From the NCBI GenBank assembly GCA_964016885.1, contig OZ024744.1, positions 84,258,001 to 84,322,000 of the forward strand: a stretch of 64,000 nt of DNA, read 5' to 3'. The notes beneath the pieces were generated by a model. The model had not been told where the DNA came from, made no database searches, and worked only from the letters and a program-made list of their open reading frames with translations. Each line of letters begins with the position of its first letter. Position 1 is the first letter of the stretch. Source of the DNA: Eledone cirrhosa (lineage: Eukaryota). Positions 44,418-57,744 of this stretch are shown here, one piece after another. The translations under genes were made by a program, and so were the position numbers.

Positions 44418-46627
44418 ACATATATATGCTCATATATAGACACACGTATACACACACCCCCACACACACATACACCCACATTCCGCCACATATGTATATA
44501 TATGTACATGTCTGCACATACAGACGCGTATAAGCTCGTGCACCCACGCACCCATGCCCATCCACACACCCCCAACACCCTCCCACACATATATATATAC
44601 AGATACATACGCATCTACACACGCACATATACCAACATACATGTCCACACATAAAAAAACACGTGAACATAAACACAATATGATAATAAAATAAAATACG
44701 TAAATAAATTTACAATATTTTAGGATACATTAAATCTGTATGTAACTGCATAAATAGGTACAAGAGGAGAAGGGGTAAAATAAAGGAACGGGTAAAATAA
44801 AAGATAAGAAAAATAAAAAAAAACGCGGAGGGGGGTATAGGAGAAGGTGCATGCGTCCATGTGACGTATTACACACAGGCATTAAGAGATGAAAGCTCGT
44901 GTCCGTGTATAGAACAGGTAACAGTAACAAAACAATGATATAGCAATATTAACAATTATTTTTAGTATATAGTCACGATTGACGGTGTACACATTCAATG
45001 TGACGCCCGCCACGGTCGCCATGGGGCATGGCACCGTGTCTGGAGTGTGCTGTTCTAAACGTTTAGTGCACAGGTCCGGGCGGCAGTGGGCCCCGTGTCA
45101 GCCAGTCCCGGCCCATGCGGTGCATCTTCCAATGTTGCGTGCCCGGTCACGTGCGCACCTGGTCTACATATGATTGCGCCGCGGGTCGGACGTCGTCATC
45201 ATGGTATGTCGTCAGGTCCCCTAATCCCGCTAGGCCAATCGGGTCTGTACGTTCTCATTCTCGTGCCCCCTGGCTGCGTCACCCGGCGGATTCCATGCTG
45301 CAAAAGTGTATCTTCTCTGGTGTCTGCATGTCATGATAATTTCAGACTTCAGGTTGACGGCGTCATCCTTCAGTCTGACTATCTCCAAAGCCTCGTGTGG
45401 GCACAGTCGGCACTTTCTACTTCCGGCCGAATATGCCCTCGCGTGGCGAACGATACTCCATTCTAGGGCGTATGGAGTGCCGTGGTCTTTCAGGTCCCAC
45501 ACCAGGTGCGCTAACCTAGTGGAGTTACTTTTGCTACGGTCCCTGAAGGAATTCGTGTGATTATACATCCGCGATTTAAAGGTCGTGGATGTTGCGCCGA
45601 TATAGGTTCGATGTGCATTCTGGGTTGTAACCACACACTTGTATACTAAGTCTTTCATTAAGCATTTTCCCTGTAGTGGGCACCGGGTGCCCGCTCTACA
45701 GTTGCAAGTTCTGTTGTCATTTCCTGTGCGTCCGATGTCCGGGCCCCGATCTGTTATGGCCCTCTCAGGGTTCTCGGTGTGTTACACCGCCGACACATTT
45801 GTTCCCCCCCCCGTACCACTATTTCCTTCTCGGTGTTGGACCATATCGCCCTCGGCGGGCGCACTGGTCGCTTCGGTTGTCGGGTTGTCATTTAAGTGCG
45901 GGTCTCTAGTTGGTTCTCCGCGCTCCGAAACCCGGTCACTCTGTCGCCGTGGTTGATGGCCAGTGTGCGCCATCTTCACCGCGTTAGTTCTAGCCATGTA
46001 GTCGGCCATATTCGGCGCCGTGGAGAAGGGAAATTTCACCGTGTGGCGGTTGAAGATTTTGTGGTACTTGTATATATGTGTACGTTTGAATAGGACATGC
46101 TTACCCAATTGATACAGAACAGTCAGAAGGCTCGTGGCGGCATGTATCAACAAGTGTGTGTGACTGGGTCTATGGGAGTGAGGGAGAGATGGTGTGTTAG
46201 TATATATACTGCGATGTATGTATTTGGCGGTGTGGGTGTCTGCGCATGTAGACGTACGAGTGTGAATGCATAGATAGGTATGTGTCTGAATATGTGTGTT
46301 ATTATGTGTTTATTCTAGTATGTGTGGGTGCTTACTCTGAAGTGTGAGCAGACGTGTGAAGTACTGAACGCAGCATGATTCCATTGAAATGTGTCGGACG
46401 GAAAATGGTTGATGAACCGTGTGGCAGCAGATACTGACCAGAACTTGTGATGACGTGGAGTAAAAACAGCCAATGGCATGACAAGAGTGGAAAGAGGGTT
46501 TTTTTAGGGTGTTGTTTTGATGATAACACCCCAGTGATAAAATTTGCTCCATGACTCGAGCTACATGCCGGCGAAACATTTGTAACACGAAATAAAGTCC
46601 AGATGCATCACTGATTTTTCGTTTTCT

Positions 46628-46664
<37 letters not shown>

Positions 46665-47057
46665 TCACACATGCCCACACATACATACAAAATACGCATA
46701 CGTATACAAACATTACATACACACATATATATATACACACACACACACACATATATATATATGCACGAAAAATACAACAACCTAACATGCATACGCACAG
46801 CCACATATATACACATATATATACACCCACGCATATGCCGACATATATATACATCTATATATGCATACGCACACGTTCTGCCACATGCATACACCTGCAC
46901 ATATGCATTTTTGTCTGCACACATATGTGCTTCCACATATACAAATATAAACAAAGCCGTAAATAAAAGTTCATTATACAATAAAAAACAATATACCATA
47001 AACTAACGCTACATTACTGTAACATAATATATAATATATAAAATATAATATACAATA

Positions 47058-47116
<59 letters not shown>

Positions 47117-47256
47117 CCTGCACACATATGTGCTTCCACATATACAAATATAGACAAAACCGTAAATTAAAAGTTACAGATACATTATACAATAAAAAAA
47201 CAATATGGCAAATTACCGTAACATAAAATATAACATATTAAATATAATATACAATA

Positions 47257-47345
<89 letters not shown>

Positions 47346-47956
47346 CACTGATGAGGGACTCATTTTATAACATGTTATCCATGTGCAACCATGCAGTATT
47401 CTTCTCCCCATATTTTTCACATATATTTACCTAAACTGCGATTCTGTTTTTCTCTCTCTCTCTCTCTCTCTTACTGCTCCCTCGTTATCTCTGTCTCGCT
47501 TACTTTCTTTCGTCCCCTCTGTCATGTCAGTTAACATTTTATCTCTACTGACCTCTTCCTCGCACTTCCACTCACTCACTCACTCACTGTTTCTCCCCTT
47601 CTCACTTCCCCCCGTTCGCTACGAAAACGATTTCCTTCTTTCTTACATCGGATTCATCGTGAAAGGTCTATTTCTTACTCGCTCATATTCACCCAGCTTA
47701 TACTGATAGAATAACTATGTAGCTTGTGTTTCTTCCTATCTTCGGTTAGATTTCCCCTGTTTGTTTACTTGTCTCACTCGCTTTACGCGTTTTAATTGTC
47801 CTAATAACTTGTTTTAGTTATTATTGCACCAACGTGAGGTATATGATTTTTAATGCAATGAAATACCAATGACCGTTGGCAAATCACTGATGAGGGACTC
47901 ATTTTATAACATGTTATCCATGTGCAACCATGCAGTATTCTTCTCCCCATATTTTT

Positions 47957-47996
<40 letters not shown>

Positions 47997-48867
47997 CGTA
48001 TATATATTTACACATACATATACATACCCGCACACACATGTACACAGATTCATACATACATATACGGATATATACAAAGGATATGTGATAAAGTAATACA
48101 ACAAGAATAATAGTAATAATAAAAAGCATATATACTCCATATATAATCATCCGCACACATTCAGGTGTGATGCACATAAACACCTACATGTATGCACAAA
48201 TACACATACACACATATAGAGGCCCACATATGCATACACCCGCACCCGCCCGTACATATATATATACACATATATATATATACACGCATACACATATGCA
48301 CACACTTACTCACCCACACACACATAGCTACTCATACGTGGCTATACGTTCATACGCACACATATATAGACATACATACATATATATATTCACATATACG
48401 CATACATATACACACATACACACACATTCCGCCACATATGTACATACATGCACATGTCTGCAAATACACGCGCATATAAGCTCATGCACACACGCACCCA
48501 TGCCCATATACACACACCCGCACACACCCACGTATATATATATATATATGCACGCACATACATATGTCTACGCACAGGTCCGCACATAAAAAAACATTCG
48601 AATATAATAAATGTGATAATAAATATGATAATAAAGCAAAATAAATAACTAAATAAATTTACAATACTTTAGGGTACATTAAAATTTGTATGTAACTGCA
48701 TAAATAGGTAGAATAAAAAAAAGGGGGTTAAAATAAAAAAAAACGGGTAAAATAAAAAAAGAGGAGAGGGTACTTGTGTTCATGTGATATACTACACACA
48801 GGTGGTATGAGGTGCAAACCTGTGTCCGTGTGGAGCACAGGTAACAGTAACAGAACAATAATAGAAC

Positions 48868-49055
48868 AATAATTGTTTCTACTTTAGGCACAAGGCCAGC
48901 AATTACCCAGTGCATTACTGGTACTTTATTTTATCGACCCCGTAAGGATGAAAGGCAAAGTCAACCTCGGCGGGATTTGAACTCAGATCGTAAAGGGACG
49001 TAACTATGCTGGAAAGCATGGCGTTCGACTCTCTACCGATACTGCCAATCCACCA
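48868..49055 (-). mobile_element. Deu/Nin-like SINE inserted in PLE 3' region
   Basis: Reverse complement of the 770-985 family, flanked by direct repeat ACAATAATAGAACAATAAT / CCAATAATAGAACAATAAT (TSD-like). Absent from the paralogous region at ~44930. Confidence 0.85.
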
Positions 49056-51321
49056 ATAATAGAACAATAATGATAGTAATAATCATTGTTCCAAAGTGGA
49101 ACAGGTGGATAGTATATAGTCACGACTGACGGGGTATACATTCATTGAGACGCCCGTCCCGGTCGCCGTGGGGCATGGCACAGTGGCTGGGGTGTGCTGT
49201 TCTATATGTTTAGGGCACAGGACTGGGCGGCAGTTGACCCCCTGTTATCCGGTCCCGGCCCATGCGAAGTATCTTCCAATGTGGTGTGCCCGGTCAGGTG
49301 CGCCCCTGGTTTACATATGTTTGCCTCACGGGTCGCACACCGTCATCATGGCATGGCGTCAGGTCCCCTACTCCCGTTGAGTCAATTGGGTCTGTGCGTA
49401 TCCGTTCCCATGCCCCCTGCCTGCGTCACCCGGAGGATTCCATGCTGCAAATGTGCATCTTCTATGGTGTCTGCATGACATGATCATTTCAGACTTCAGG
49501 TTGATGGCGTCATCCTTCAGTTTGACCATCTCCATGGCCTCGTGTAGACACAGTCGGCACTTTCTACTTCCGGCCGAATATGCGTGCGCGTGGCGAACGA
49601 TACTCCATTCCAGGGCGCATGGAGTGCCGTAGTCTTTCAGGTCCCACACCAGTTCCGCTAACCTAGTGGAGTTACTTTTGCTACGGTCCCTGAAGGAATT
49701 CGTGTGATTATACACCCGCGATTTAAGGGTCGTGATGTTGCGCCAATGTACGTGCGATGCGCGTTTTGGGTTTTAAACACACACTTGTATATTACGTCTT
49801 TCATCAAGCATTTTCCATGTAGGGGGCACCGTAGTGCCCGCTCTACAGTTGCAAGTTCTGCTGTCAGTTCTTGTGCATCCGATGTCCGGGCCTCGGTCTG
49901 TTATGGCCCTCTCAAGGTTCTCAGGGTGTTGTACTGCCGACACTGTTGTCTACCCCATGCCACTGTTTCCCTCTCGGTGTTGGACCATATCGCTCTCCAC
50001 GGGCGTTCTGGTCGCCTCGGGGGCCGGGTTGTCATTTGAGGGCAGGTCCATGGTTGGTTCTCCACGCTCTGAAAGACTTTCACTCTGTCGCCGCGGTTGA
50101 CGGCCAATGTGCGCCATCTTCACCGCGTTAGTTTTAGCTATGTAGTCGGCCACATTAGGCGCTGTGGAGAAGGAAAATTTCACCGTGTGGGGGTTGAAGA
50201 TTTTGTGGTATTTGTTTGTCGACGGAAAGCACTCATCTAGCGCTCGGAAGAAAAGTCCTGGCACGTTGGTGCGTACATGTTTGGTGTAAGGCGCATTAAA
50301 CCAGGTAATGGCCTTAGATCTGTTCCTTCTTGTGCTTGGATTTTTGTTGGTGTGTCGAGGACTCGATGTCCGTCCAGTGCTTGGCCCAACCACAGTTTCG
50401 TCCCGTGTGTTGTCTCTGTCTATTTGCCCGCTAAGTGCGTCGGGGTTATGCTCTACAATTATAAAGTTACGTCGTTCTATGAGGTTATCTGTACGTCTAT
50501 TCCCCTTAGGTCTCTGTATTCCCCGTATGTATGTGTTCGCGCGTATGTATGTATATGTATGTGTGTGTATATATATATATATATGTATGTTTGAATAGGC
50601 CATGCTTATTCCAACCGGATACAGGGGGCGAAGTAAGCAGCCGCCATAAGGCTTGTGGCGATATGTATCTACAAATGGGTGTGACGGGGTCCGTAGAGGT
50701 GAGGGAGAGAGTGTGTGTGTATATACATATATGTATGTATGTGGGGGTGGGGGTGTCTGCGCATGTAGACGTACGTGTGTGTATGAATAAATCTGTCGGT
50801 GTCTACATGTGTGTGTGTGTGTATGTGTGTGTATATTAGTACGTGTGGGTGCTTACTCTGAAGTGTGAACAGACGTGTGGGATGCTGAACCCAGCATGAC
50901 TCCATCGAAATGTGTCGGACGGAAAATGGCTGATGACCCGTGTGGCAGTAGGTAATGACCAGAACTTGTGATGACGTGGAGTAAAAACAGCCAATGGCAT
51001 GACAGGAGTGGAAGTAGGGTTTTTTCAGGGTGTTTTTTGATGACCCGTGTGGCAGTAGATAATGACCAGAACTCGTGATGACGTGGAGTAAAAACAGCCA
51101 ATGGTATGACATGAGTGGAAGTAGGGTTTTTTGAGGGTGTTTTTTATGATAACACCCCAGTAATAAAATTTGCTCCAAACGAAATACTCGTGTCTGAATG
51201 AACCTGCAGAAGTAGAATCAGCCGGATCCATACAAGGACCACATCTCGAGCTACCTGCCGGAGAAACAATTGTAACACGCAATAAATTAAGTCCAGATGC
51301 ATCACTGATTTTTCGTTTTCT

Positions 51322-51359
<38 letters not shown>

Positions 51360-51360
<1 letters not shown>

Positions 51361-54300
51361 TAATCAATGGGTGGAGCCTGGCTGATGGTCACCACCAAGC
51401 AAAAAGATTGCGGAGACCCTGAAGAACCATGGCTTTCTGAGGACTCTGGCGCAGATAGAAAGAAAAAAAATCGAGAAGGCCTATGTCCTCATAGCGCCAC
51501 ATATGGCGATGCTAAGCCGTGTCCTCAAGGAGGAGCAAAACGAAGAGAAAGGAAAAGAAAAAGAAAATGAAGAAAGCACAAGCAAGGACCTGAAAGAAAA
51601 TTAGATACCCGCCGCCACAGTCAGGGGGGGGGGGGGCAGGCCGGGAAACCAAAAAGCAAACGGTAAAGGTGAGAAGCGAAATCACCTTCCGAAGGAGAAC
51701 CAAGCGCAGAGGGGCCAGACATTGGGGACAAGAAAACCCAGGTAACGTGCAAGTTCTTCAGGGACAGGACCTGCTGGCATGGAGAGACAGGGACAGGTTG
51801 CAGATTCACTCACCCCAGGCCCCAAGCGAACTATGCCCATCCTACTTTTACAATATTTCCCAGCCAAAACCAAAACAAGCTGCCCCAGAAGTATGCTGAT
51901 GTCACGCGTGCCGCTCCAACAAGGAGAAGGCACGCATATGCCAACGAGATACAGATGGCAGCAACAGAGCAAAAAAAATTGTTGGTGATGGCCGAGAAGA
52001 TTGTGGGACAGCTGACCTGGCTGCATCGTTTTCAGAGCCAGGGTCACCCACACCAGCAATCGAGACAATCACAATTAAGGGACCCAGAGTGGCCGCCGCT
52101 GACACCAGGCCAGGTCCATACCGACAGCCATTGCTGGCACCCCAACAGTCACACCAGTGCTGAATGTTAGAGGCCTGGTGAAACTCACTAACATGAGTAA
52201 AATGTCCTACCCGGGAGATACCATAAGCAATCAAGCATTATGCATGGCACTAACCGAAACGCACCTGACAAGAAGTATAGCAGATGCAGGAATACATATA
52301 CCGAAATATACTGTATTTCGTTCGGACAGGAAGGAGAGAATCATGGTGGGGTTGCTCTGTATATCCGTGAAGATGTCACACCAATTGTACTGTTGACACA
52401 TTCAAACTCAGTCTGTGACACACTGATAATACATATGATGCAATTAAAGACAGTAATATGTGTCACATATCGGCCGTCCGATGCCCCCAGTTATGAGGGT
52501 AAATTTGAGGATAGCCTCAGTAGGATAGAAGAAGTCCTTGACAAACTGGATCAGGGCCTCAACATTCTACTGCTGGGAGACTTCAACCTGCCAAAGGTCA
52601 AATGGCCTGAGAGCCACCCACCTCCTCCCTGGAATGACATCAATAGATACTGGCCCTCACACACAGGTTGTTCATGGAACAAGCAGTACTCCTCCCAACA
52701 AGCGGTGAGAATGTCCTGGACCTCTGTTTTACAAACAACAAAGTGCTCATCCACAATGTAAAGGTGACACCAACAATTTTCTCGGATCGTAACTTAGTAG
52801 TACTAATGATATGTGGTACGAAAGAATTAACAGAGACACAACCATCAAGACACACCGGGACCTTATCCAGCCTTAACTTCTACAAGGCTAACTGGAAAAA
52901 GATTAAGAGAGAAATCCGGAAGCAAACATGGAGTGAAAACACCGCCACACAAGACACTAACACACAATTTCAACACTTCATGACAACGATACACACTATA
53001 TGCAAAAAGTTTGTCCCGGAGAAAAAGGCAAACAGACACAAAAATCTTATTTCCAGAGATAGGAAAATCCTTATGAGACGTAGAACCAAGCTCTCAAACC
53101 AGTTGAATAGTCAACAAAACAAAAACAAGAAGGAATCCTATTTGAAACATGCACTACTTGACACCGAGATTGCACTCAAACTTTCCCATGAAAAGGAGAG
53201 GGCAAAGAAAGAAAGCATGGCCAAAGAAAATATTAAAACAAACCCTAAGGCCTTCTTTAAATTTTCAAACGAAACTGCCTCGGTACACTGCAAGATTGGG
53301 CCACTCTTCCATACAAAGGGTTCATTAACCGAGAATCCCCAAGAGATAAGTGAAATACTGAACGAACAGTACAAAAGTGTGTTTACATGTCCACTAAGGC
53401 ACATAACAAAGCCAGATGAGTTCTTTGATGCCACAACGCTCCATGAAAAAATGGCGACCATCAACCACATAGACATAACGGAGGAGGATGTGGTATACGC
53501 CATAGATGAAATTAGAACAGACTCAGCTGTTGGACCTGATGGATTCCCAGCAGTCCTCTTAAAAACATGTAAGCAGGCCTTAGCAACTCTACTGAAGACG
53601 CTCTTCAGAAGCTCCTTGGTTAGGGGTATACTACCCAGGGAGCTGAAAGAAGGCACAATATGCCCTATCCATAAAGGAGGTAGACGAGGAGACCAAATAT
53701 TATAGGCCGTCTCGCTGACGTCACCTATCAGTAAGGTCATGGAGCGAATCATCAGAAAGAAACTGATCACTTTCCTCGAGGAAAATGACCGCCTGACTAG
53801 CATGCAGCATGGCTTTCGCCCAGGAGGAAGCTGCCTGACACAGCTGCTACATCACTATGACTGGGTACTAAAACAACTGCTAGACAGCTCACATGTGGCC
53901 GGGATATATCTTGACTTTGCGAAGGCCTTTGACAATTTCGACCACGAAATGATATGTCACAAACTACACGGACTCGGCATAACTGGAAAAGTAGGTGAGT
54001 GGCTGCATCACTTCTTAAAGGACAGAAGACAGACAGTCGCAGCAAACGAGGCCCTCTCAAAGGAAACATCAATAACAAGTGGCGTGCCCCAAAGCACAGT
54101 CCTGGGACCACTACTGTTTTTGGTGGCTCTCTCAGACATGCCCTCTGTAGTACATATAACAACATCCCTCACTAGCTATGCTGATGACACTAAGGAAGCA
54201 TAGGCAATCAAATGCTAATGCTGCCCTTTTACAACAAGATCTGGATGCCATATACAAATGGGCGGAAGACAACAACATGCAGTTTTATGCTGGCAAATTC

Positions 54301-55160
54301 CAAGCCCTACCATACAAACCTGCAAATACAAATACAGTACAACACAGTTACGCCGGACCAGGTGGGACCGATATCTCCGTGTCGAAATCGATACGAGACC
54401 TGGGCATAGACATGAGCGATGATGCATCTTTTTCCTCACACATCATGAAAGTGGCGACAATGTGCAGACGACTCGCTGGCTGGATCTTGGGGACTTTCCG
54501 GACAAGAGACCGACACACGATGTTGACATTATGGAGTACATTTGTCCTAAGCCGCCTGGACTATTGCTCCCAGTTGTGGTCACCCCATAGTGTCAAACTA
54601 ACCACGGAGTTTGAGGCAATCCAGCGAAGCTACACCAAGAGGATTGTGTCGCTGAAGGAGATAAGCGACTGGGAGAGGCTATAAGAACTGAACCTCTACT
54701 ACTTGGAACGAAGACCGGAGAGATACGCAGTGATCTACTGTGGAACATCCTGGAGGGACTAGCACCAAACTTTGGCATTGGGAGCTGGACCAACCGTCGA
54801 ACAGGACGTTACTGTGTGGTGCCAAAGGTCCTGTCTTCCACATCTAGAATAAGGAGCAGATATTGCAATAGCCTTGGGTTCAAGGGCCCTCAAATCATCA
54901 ACAAGCTGCCGAGGGAACTGAAAGATCTGCATGGTATGGATGTGGATGTCTTCAAGAAACATCTCGACACCTTGCTATCCAGGATCCCGGATGAGACCAC
55001 AGCAAGACACGAGGGAAAACTAAGGGCAGCATTAACGAACTACCTCTTACACCAGTCGCCAACCAATACAGGCTGGAGATAAAATGTGTAGCAACAAGGA
55101 CGGTGCCCCAGGATGGCCTCAGCCGGATGGCTAGAACAGGTAAAAGAGTAAAAGAGTATA
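51360..55160 (+). mobile_element. Near full-length decayed CR1-group LINE (CCCH ORF1 remnant, APE, RT)
   Basis: CKFFRDRTCWHGETGTGCRFTH; LNVRGL, ALTETHL, LLGDFNLP, LDLCFTN; QHGFRPGGSC, YLDFAKAFD, GVPQSTVLGP, YADDTK; tail GTAAAAGAGTAAAAGAG. Contains stops and frameshifts. Confidence 0.9.
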
Positions 55161-55161
55161 C

Positions 55162-55192
<31 letters not shown>

Positions 55193-55193
55193 C

Positions 55194-55320
<127 letters not shown>

Positions 55321-55681
55321 CATATATACATATACATATATAAATACAAAATTTAGTACAGCATAATCGAAGCTCTGGCTGCAGCTAAGCTAACGAATGC
55401 AATCGGGGTGTGCAGCTAAGCACTCAGTAAGGTATATTACCTTAGAGTTATAACATTACGTTTAGACAGCTTTGCAAATTGAAGACAACGACCGATAGGC
55501 GAGCCGCAGTGACCAAAGCGACGAAAAAAACTGAACTCAGGAAAATATGATAAACCTGGACCGTCGCGTTGATACTATATATAGCATACAATATATAATA
55601 CATAATTGTTTCTACAATAGGCACAAGGCCAGCAATTATTCCAGTGTATTACTGGTACTTTATTTTATCGCATGACAAACC

Positions 55682-56290
55682 GACAATTCCGCGCAGGACT
55701 ACTCAGCGCCGACAATTCAGCGCCGACAATTCAGCGCGTGACAATTTAGCGCAACGACAATTTAGCGCAACGACAATTTAGCGCAACGACAATTTAGCGC
55801 AACGACAATTCAGCGCATGACAATTTAGCGCAACGACAATTTAGCGCAACGACAATTCAGCGCATGACAATTTAGCGCAACGACAATTCAGCGCATGACA
55901 ATTTAGCGCAACGACAATTCAGCGCGTGACAATTCAGCGCGTGACAATTCAGCGCATGACAATTTAGCGCAACGACAATTTAGCGCAACGACAATTCAGC
56001 GCATGACAATTTAGCGCAACGACAATTTAGCGCAACGACAATTTAGCGCAACGACAATTCAGCGCATGACAATTTAGCGCAACGACAATTTAGCGCAACG
56101 ACAATTTAGCGCATGACAATTTAGCGCATGACAATTTAGCGCAACGACAATTTAGCGCATGACAATTTAGCGCATGACAATTCAGCGCGTGACAATTCAG
56201 CGCGTGACAATTCAGCGCATGACAATTTAGCGCAACGACAATTTAGCGCAAGGACAATTCAGCGCAAGGACAATTCAGCGCAAGGACAAT
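55682..56290 (+). repeat. 15-16 bp minisatellite in the left TIR of the MULE
   Basis: Roughly 38 units of GACAATT(C/T)AGCGC(AAC/AT/GT). About 5 inverted units at 61525-61600. Confidence 0.92.
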
Positions 56291-56337
56291 GCAAAACGAT
56301 ATATAATATGTGTGTGTGTGTATATATATATATATAT

Positions 56338-57655
56338 CGTTTAGATAGAAAACTTAGAAATGTAAAAGAGTCTTGGCGTTGTACTGAAGACAAATGTAAA
56401 GGTGGTATCCATGTTAATGAAAGTTTATGGGAAGATATTACAACGCATACCCATGTGCCGCAGCCAGCAGTATCAAGGATGAAGCAGATGGTTTCAAACA
56501 TACGTGAACGAGCTGGTGCATCTAATGATGTCCCGAGAAGAATGATCCAAGAGGCTCAAGTCTCTTTGCCAGATGAAGCAACAATTTTACTCCCTAAGAA
56601 TACTTCATTGCAACGAAGTATTCAGCGCCGTAGAAAACGAGATGTTGAGTCAATTCCAGCACCTGATAATGTTAGTGATATTGTATTACCTGAACATTTG
56701 CGTGTAACACACAGTGGCGAACCTTTTTTATTGTACGATTGCGGCAGTGACGATACCAAAAGAATGTTGATATTTTCGACTGAAAAAAATATTGAACACT
56801 TTAAAGAATACAAAAACTAGCTTGCAGGCGGTACATTTAAAGTAGCCCCGCGTCTTTTCTACCAACTTTATGTTATTCATATGCTTTGTGAAGGACGTGT
56901 TTTTCCAGTGATATATATACTATTGCAAAAGAAAACAGAGGAATCATATGAGAGAGCATTAAGGACTATTTTGAATTTATACCCGGATCTGAAGCCAGAT
57001 ACTATGCTCTGCGATTTTGAAAAGGCATTCCAAAATGCATTTACAACTGTTTTTGAAAGCACGCAAATAAGTGGTTGCTTTTTTCACCTCGCTCAGAGCG
57101 TATGGAGGAAAATCCAATATTTAAATCTTACTCAACTTTATATCAGGGAGGAACATATTCGTGGATACTGTAAGATGTTAGTAGCTTTAGCCTTTGTGCC
57201 AATTGACGATATTTGTGGAGTATTTGAATATTTGCATGATGTTATGCCTCAGGAATTGGAAGAATTAACAAATTATTTCGAAGATACATGGATTGGCCGC
57301 CCCTTCCGCCGTCGTAGAAGGGATGCCATTTTTATACCCGAATTCTGGAGTATTTTTGATCGTGTTCGAGGAGACCTACTAAGGACCAACAATTCTTTAG
57401 AAGGGTGGCACCGAAGTCTTCAATGGTCATAACCACCCAACCATTTATAAGTTTATAGAGTTTCTCAAACTAGAACAAGATAGTACAAAGAAAAGGATAT
57501 TAAGAACCAGAGCTGGACACGAGGATGTCTCCAAACAAACAAAATATCAAAGGACTCATAAAGCGATAACGACGTTAGTGACTGAGTATGGAAATCGAGC
57601 CGATAAGTTGGAGTACTTGCGCACTCTCAGTTACCAAATTGAACTACAGAAGTAA
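56338..57655 (+). pseudogene. MULE transposase with FLYWCH-like finger, disrupted
   Basis: WRCTEDKCKG..HTH; GTFKVAPRLFYQLYVIH; CDFEKA; GCFFHLAQSVWRK; YFEDTWIG; RTNNSLEGWHR. Stop at 56818 and frameshift near 57430. Confidence 0.9.
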
Positions 57656-57744
57656 ATTATTATTAATATTTCTATAAAAATATTTTTTTGGTATTCATAT
57701 TTCTATAAATGTTATATGTATGTATGAGATGAAAGAATGGTATT

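Noticed and set aside
47345-47960. CTGATGAG motif repeated at ~24167, 47348 and 47887 as a hammerhead
   Set aside because: No GAAA, stem III or stem I partner could be found. It is a dispersed repeat only.
55682-56290. CRISPR-like regular repeat
   Set aside because: No unique spacers and no cas genes. It is the MULE subterminal minisatellite.
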